From IMG/VR virus record IMGVR_UViG_3300025133_000079: a stretch of 20,000 nucleotides of DNA; one strand, 5' to 3'. Of the stretch, positions 19,201 to 20,000 are shown piece by piece. This DNA comes from an uncultured virus (IMG/VR IMGVR_UViG_3300025133_000079) (lineage: Duplodnaviria > Heunggongvirae > Uroviricota > Caudoviricetes). Below the pieces are notes generated by a model. The model had not been told where the DNA came from. It ran no database searches and saw nothing but the letters and a program-made list of their open reading frames with translations. The position numbers were made by a program, and so were the translations under genes. Numbering within the stretch: position 1 is the stretch's first letter; each line of letters begins with the position of its first letter.

Positions 19201-19880
19201 AGGATAGCGGTCAATGGTACGACACAACCAGCAACGCAAACCACGGGACGATCAGCGGGGCAACATCTGTAAACAACCCGCTTAACTACGGGCAATTTAG
19301 GGCGGTTGGGAAAAGTGCTTCAGCCAATCTACTTAAACTCAGCAACCGCAACAAGGGATTAGACGATTACACTCGGATTGTTTGGGAGGTGGAGGATGGG
19401 GAAACCAACTCAACCACTTTGTACGAACCCGCTGCCATTCAATTTAAGACCACCGACAAAGATGCGCCAAAGGGAAGGCTAGAGTTTGCTGTTGCTGATA
19501 CTGGTTCATACAGCGCAGCCAATGACCGCAACCTTGTTTTAGATAATGATGGATCGGTCACGGCAACCTCTGCCGCATCAGACAACCTCAAGCAAGTTGC
19601 TAGGGTTCATTCGGAAGACATTGAGGGTACTGGATCAAGGACACGGTTTACTATTACACACAATCTGGGAACCGAATATGTAAATGTGTCGGTATTTCAA
19701 AAGGATAATGCTGCTGGTGGCGGCAACAGAACCCAAGTGGAGTGCTTGGTTCATGTTGGGGAATACTATTCGCAGGGAAGCTCCTCTTGGGATAACTCCA
19801 CCAGCAACAATCATTGTGAAATTGAGTTCGCAACCGCTCCCACTAACGGGGTGGAATACGGCATAACAGTAACAGGCTAA
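10248..19880 (+). CDS. Giant mosaic tail fibre / receptor-binding adhesin (3210 aa) with LamG/concanavalin A-like and CBM-like domains
   Basis: G/S/T/A/N-rich. Fibre motifs include NLNADKLDG, DASSKLYVD, GDRILVKNQ..ENGIY and repeated (R)ID(S)xGNVG(V/I)G beta-repeats. It also has three LamG-like domains, four CBM-like modules and a C-terminal ITHNLG domain. Confidence 0.88.
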   Translation: MANKKVFTNLQFEGSSELINPKLNPTGTAPASKGPGQAYFDTGTGGTLNLQFAAAGAANNGDWRAVLTSGVNFSTSGVYQSTLAASGGSSPPFVVASDDLVTNLNADKLDGYHISTTAAASKIPVYGTGGVLKVGTPLADDDASSKLYVDTAVQGLEHKESVRFTTTGNIGLTGLGQGNVDGTHAAGDRILVKNQDAADENGIYIAKPTGVDWVLATDADLNSEIFVNGAFDTVDDGQTGHDNTDGTIDGWTNLVGNRLSLVSNKLRITPDGTNANSGAQISFTTEVGKYYRLSIDVDTDPLNGNTSYAFLKIVGSTTIKTSATYSGATAQTGEVFVFRATTTSTSLQLINGSSPADRVVDWDNISVKETDLGEGAFVFIEQGTTLSNSSWVLADADTHTWTQFSGAGQISVTSTAGTTASSSAGPLIKSGDTIDFGYSENFFNLDSNLNLGLKPGGITESRLADDAVTPAKLLETGEFQMAKLGIGLTPSAALHVAPDNNNNDGDIKVGTRGWFSHRDGGQTSTWVANDYNSDAARFGIRMKGVAESNEVFTVLGSSKIGIGADATSPSGTLHVSTAKNGPETVSNGDFAFTVASGGSGSGWYCNSGWSVNGSVAVSAGSGGRIYTNANANGGTAAGRRYRFSFDYVKTSGGSVYLQYNDGAYVNIAEGSGSDGTVTGTFITGVGFTGYFYFESVGSWAGTIDNFTVKEDMTYGASGTIFGYADELVINNTAEAGLSILGSTDSRVHFGNSGYPAHSQIVGTLDANKDSKLEFKVTDGAADATTGMTLFGADKSVKIEGGLGVGGVTAGMSGAFIAGGYTAIERASTVPAYAALYLTKTGSSGNQVLADFNYGATAGTVGSGTTAVQLAKDTSYFKSNVAIGGTTASAQLQVHDDTNHCAIHVTTGGTNKNVDLKLTPTGTGSAFIDYGIGAGSDILFYSRKTNVGNVLAIDGDGTQDHYGNSIVNSSTVQGLQDGACYDFRGAADDDYVKVTGIDPTTQFLLDTITVSAWVKIDAASSWGTIAMQTDSSSFNKGWGLNFYGSTANLSFWVDHYSDYAAADVSAYYGKWLHVVGTYDGTYQKLYFNGVEVDSEADTWTNKGAATNEIHIGAGMAASNTSADYGLDGQIRDVKIFPSALTAPDVRKLYSGENPKKNLNVERLPDPSFANSSVWTEGDGWSVTGSVASIDGSQSADSYLTTTTAVVESQKTYLLSATVTAHQAGSFQFDIENDGVAASSSKSGTGVHYHVVTIPNVSGNFYFRLRASSSFYGTISDVSVTEIPTLIDFNSRSASSGTWYNAAIPSLYNGTLQGGVTLSAGSTDHRVENALDVNGALDVDGALTGTTAAFSGAVEFSNRARLMANTALLGQTSGATSTQLIWWGGASAYYGRASTSPEDGTVTNHIFRAAGNDRLTVSGTGTAVVGVGSFTGAISAGTGSANYWVLNGNVAGQPVYVNATGSDTNIGFDFNSKGTGNHRLNVNSINRLKVSNTGVAVTGALDVTGNVRGEADDKTVLLIHSDTTDGSTTFVDSSPSGHAITATTTLHKTTTVQPGFGASSIYFSSTVTDQLKVAGSTDFDFGAGDFTIDAWSRISGSGAYHVICEMGLVSDGILIRHTSLSSLVVYVNNTAVINYTGTFVQNVWNHLAVVRSGGTLTLYVNGVSVASGASTQSITVSNNTGSSVSGNLNSDLILGRTNHSASQTANGYLDEFRISKGVARWTSNFTPPARPYSTVNDEFFNDYENIAKSGIGTGVIQTSADGNLGVGITPSAWSDTWGRSLDIGTQGAIVSRKTDTGNIGLWLSNNAYYNGTNWVRKNDGEASRLAFGNSNTIDLQVEATEGNAGDTITWTNGLTVDNSANTKVHGKLGVGTVPSVALEVKPPTSDANVVETARLYHAGGSVGSGVKLSMGVGTSSFTEKAHIRTSIVSGGAGEFFISTNSSDRLKIDSSGDTTLTGSLAAVSTQVAQTTALISARANGNSFEFGHGNNNGYASTIGCSSNSGYPFLAFSAEAGTNSNTFKTRGLKGNVISADTSGNLTFNQVTTASADNQALVERMRIDSAGTVSVTTATTTGLTPLLLDSRYRLRFINHDTGTGGMQLQVQNTDETGTANISSRTLIVNPGGGNVGVGGAPVGKVSIIGGTATSEASHLTFENTAGAKVFAVGGGKSGVSNNGFCVVNVTDDTAPLTISDAGNVGVGVTPNANWSGTGVTLQLGNTAHMTSSNDWLYNGSNYYYSNADADRWRYATSAAATKHTQGAGSHTFSVAASGVADAAIDWTDALTISSAGNVGVGSSSPDTLLHLEGANATGNTNPITLRFTDIDTASAVDQIVGRIEFEGRDGAAAGVGSYIQGVAEDTSGNQYMSFGTGAGGSASERLRIDSSGDTTLTGSLTGTTAAFSGAASALTLGVTGTSNNTGRGISLYNGAVSGEPTYGLMFQGTATFGTHGAVTGGWATYFTMDGTAGRGWIFRDVDNGNAASISNTGSATFSGALDVTGTITGDDGLSIQGGAGNAYLQVGSNTGSWTWKNYQNTHKLALEDSDGTGEVLNFDTSGNATFSGSLAGTTATFSGRISCGSDSNAVGLSIKGRASDDISEINLLENDGVTGLGRIQARTTEVLVATLTDIPLAIHTNNAERFRIRGDGTQDHKANRIVNSQTVTDSHRTAEPSLRFDGSSDYVAIADNNALDLVTNGTVVVIFKATSVATEWQSIISKRATGTNYEVGISTSSRLFVYNGSAVGYFTFTPTNDVWTHCAVVWSGATASLYINGVFKESTSSALGAVNAHSLGIGALPSGSQGFLGEIKDVRIHNRALEDTEVAAAYNGESTPFKYADSAGDVVPTTSNSNAADWTENPDADLVFDSDHMEVSNTTANHGVYLTPANMGITATAGRRYRISAKIKSGSASAVPVTLQAWPLSSNVEAGNAFVSHTATSEFVLVSTEFTMGATAFSQIGVWPSSDLAGANIEFKDFKFEEVGEVAAYTPQSIEDSGQWYDTTSNANHGTISGATSVNNPLNYGQFRAVGKSASANLLKLSNRNKGLDDYTRIVWEVEDGETNSTTLYEPAAIQFKTTDKDAPKGRLEFAVADTGSYSAANDRNLVLDNDGSVTATSAASDNLKQVARVHSEDIEGTGSRTRFTITHNLGTEYVNVSVFQKDNAAGGGNRTQVECLVHVGEYYSQGSSSWDNSTSNNHCEIEFATAPTNGVEYGITVTG
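10908..11354 (+). other. CBM-like (galactose-binding/CBM4_9-like jelly roll) module 1
   Basis: SEIFVNGAFD..GW..VGKYYRLSIDV..WDNISVKE. Confidence 0.7.
11988..12377 (+). other. CBM-like module 2
   Basis: GPETVSNGDF..GW..AGRRYRFSFDY..GTIDNFTVKE. Confidence 0.7.
13182..13706 (+). other. LamG/ConA-like (Laminin_G_3-type) domain 1 of the fibre
   Basis: YDFRGAADDDYV..ITVSAWVK..WLHVVGTYDG..KLYFNG..GQIRDVKIFPSALT. Confidence 0.85.
13719..14087 (+). other. CBM-like module 3
   Basis: NVERLPDPSF..WTEGDGWSV..KTYLLSATV..GTISDVSVTE. Confidence 0.7.
14228..14270 (+). repeat. Imperfect 18-bp tandem repeat (ALDVNG-ALDVDG-AL)
   Basis: TGCGCTGGATGTGAACGG TGCGCTGGATGTTGATGG TGCGCTT. The 14-mer TGCGCTGGATGTGA recurs at 14738-14751. 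Confidence 0.85.
14775..15437 (+). other. LamG/ConA-like domain 2 of the fibre (phage subtype)
   Basis: TVLLIHSD..GSTTFVDSS..FGASSIYF..FGAGDFTIDAW..WNHLAVVRSG..LYVNG..GYLDEFRISKGVARWTSNFTPP. Confidence 0.88.
16080..17414 (+). repeat. Exact 36-bp direct repeat ATAGACTCCTCTGGCGACACCACGCTGACGGGTTCG at 16080-16115 and 17379-17414
   Basis: Read directly. Both copies encode IDSSGDTTLTGS with identical synonymous codons. Confidence 0.92.
16617..17119 (+). repeat. Three copies of AACGTGGGCGTGGG (NVGVG) at 16617, 16824 and 17106
   Basis: Read directly. Copies 2 and 3 extend upstream as ACCATCTCAnnCGCGGGn (TISxAG), from 16806 and 17088. Confidence 0.88.
18246..18725 (+). other. LamG/ConA-like domain 3 of the fibre
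   Basis: SLRFDGSSDYV..WTHCAVVWSG..LYING..GEIKDVRIHNRALE. Confidence 0.85.
18741..19163 (+). other. CBM-like module 4
   Basis: ..ADW..AGRRYRISAKIK..NIEFKDFKFEE. Confidence 0.62.
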
Positions 19881-20000
19881 TGGCATCTAAAAAACAACAC
19901 GCAGCAATAGACTTACGAGGCGCAGCCAACATCACCATTGGTGGATCGGCTGGTAGTTCTGGGCAGGTGCTTACCTCTGGAGGGTCTGGGGCTGCCATGA
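19880..20000 (+). CDS. Start of another tail-fibre-like protein (3'-truncated by the window; not in the ORF track)
   Basis: The ATG overlaps the upstream stop (TAATG, 19878-19882). The frame reads MASKKQHAAIDLRGAANITIGGSAGSSGQVLTSGGSGAAM with no stop. GxSGQVLTS is a common phage fibre motif. Confidence 0.8.
   Translation, partial: MASKKQHAAIDLRGAANITIGGSAGSSGQVLTSGGSGAAM

Noticed and set aside
19596..19880. C-terminal Peptidase_S74 intramolecular chaperone expected for GNVGIG-type fibres
   Set aside because: There is no SD.RLK.NI motif or terminal coiled coil. The protein ends in a THNLG beta domain instead.
12..19886. Numerous short minus-strand and alternate-frame ORFs in the track
   Set aside because: They overlap the long + strand genes and have no recognisable motifs, consistent with shadow ORFs.

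Overview
All genes lie on the + strand and form a virion-structural block of a tailed dsDNA phage or prophage. The podovirus-like layout is inferred, and the host cannot be determined. (1) A giant protein of >=3103 aa, whose frame is open to the left edge, looks like an internal virion/ejection 'polyvalent' protein. It has Gly/Ala-rich hydrophobic N-terminal helices, an acidic linker, an ADP-ribosyltransferase-like module bracketed by an exact 14-bp direct repeat, an HExxH zincin-like module and a long helical C-terminal region. (2) A 100-aa small beta-rich protein. (3) A 173-aa adaptor-like protein ending in a 'WIINHQLG' domain. (4) A 3210-aa mosaic tail-fibre/adhesin with three LamG/ConA-like domains, four CBM-like jelly-roll modules that appear to be plugged into other modules, many GNVGxG beta-repeats with DNA microhomologies, and a C-terminal 'THNLG' domain. 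(5) The start of a further fibre gene at 19880, absent from the ORF track. I saw no RNA genes, CRISPR arrays or transposases. Domain calls come from motif recognition by eye, not database searches.
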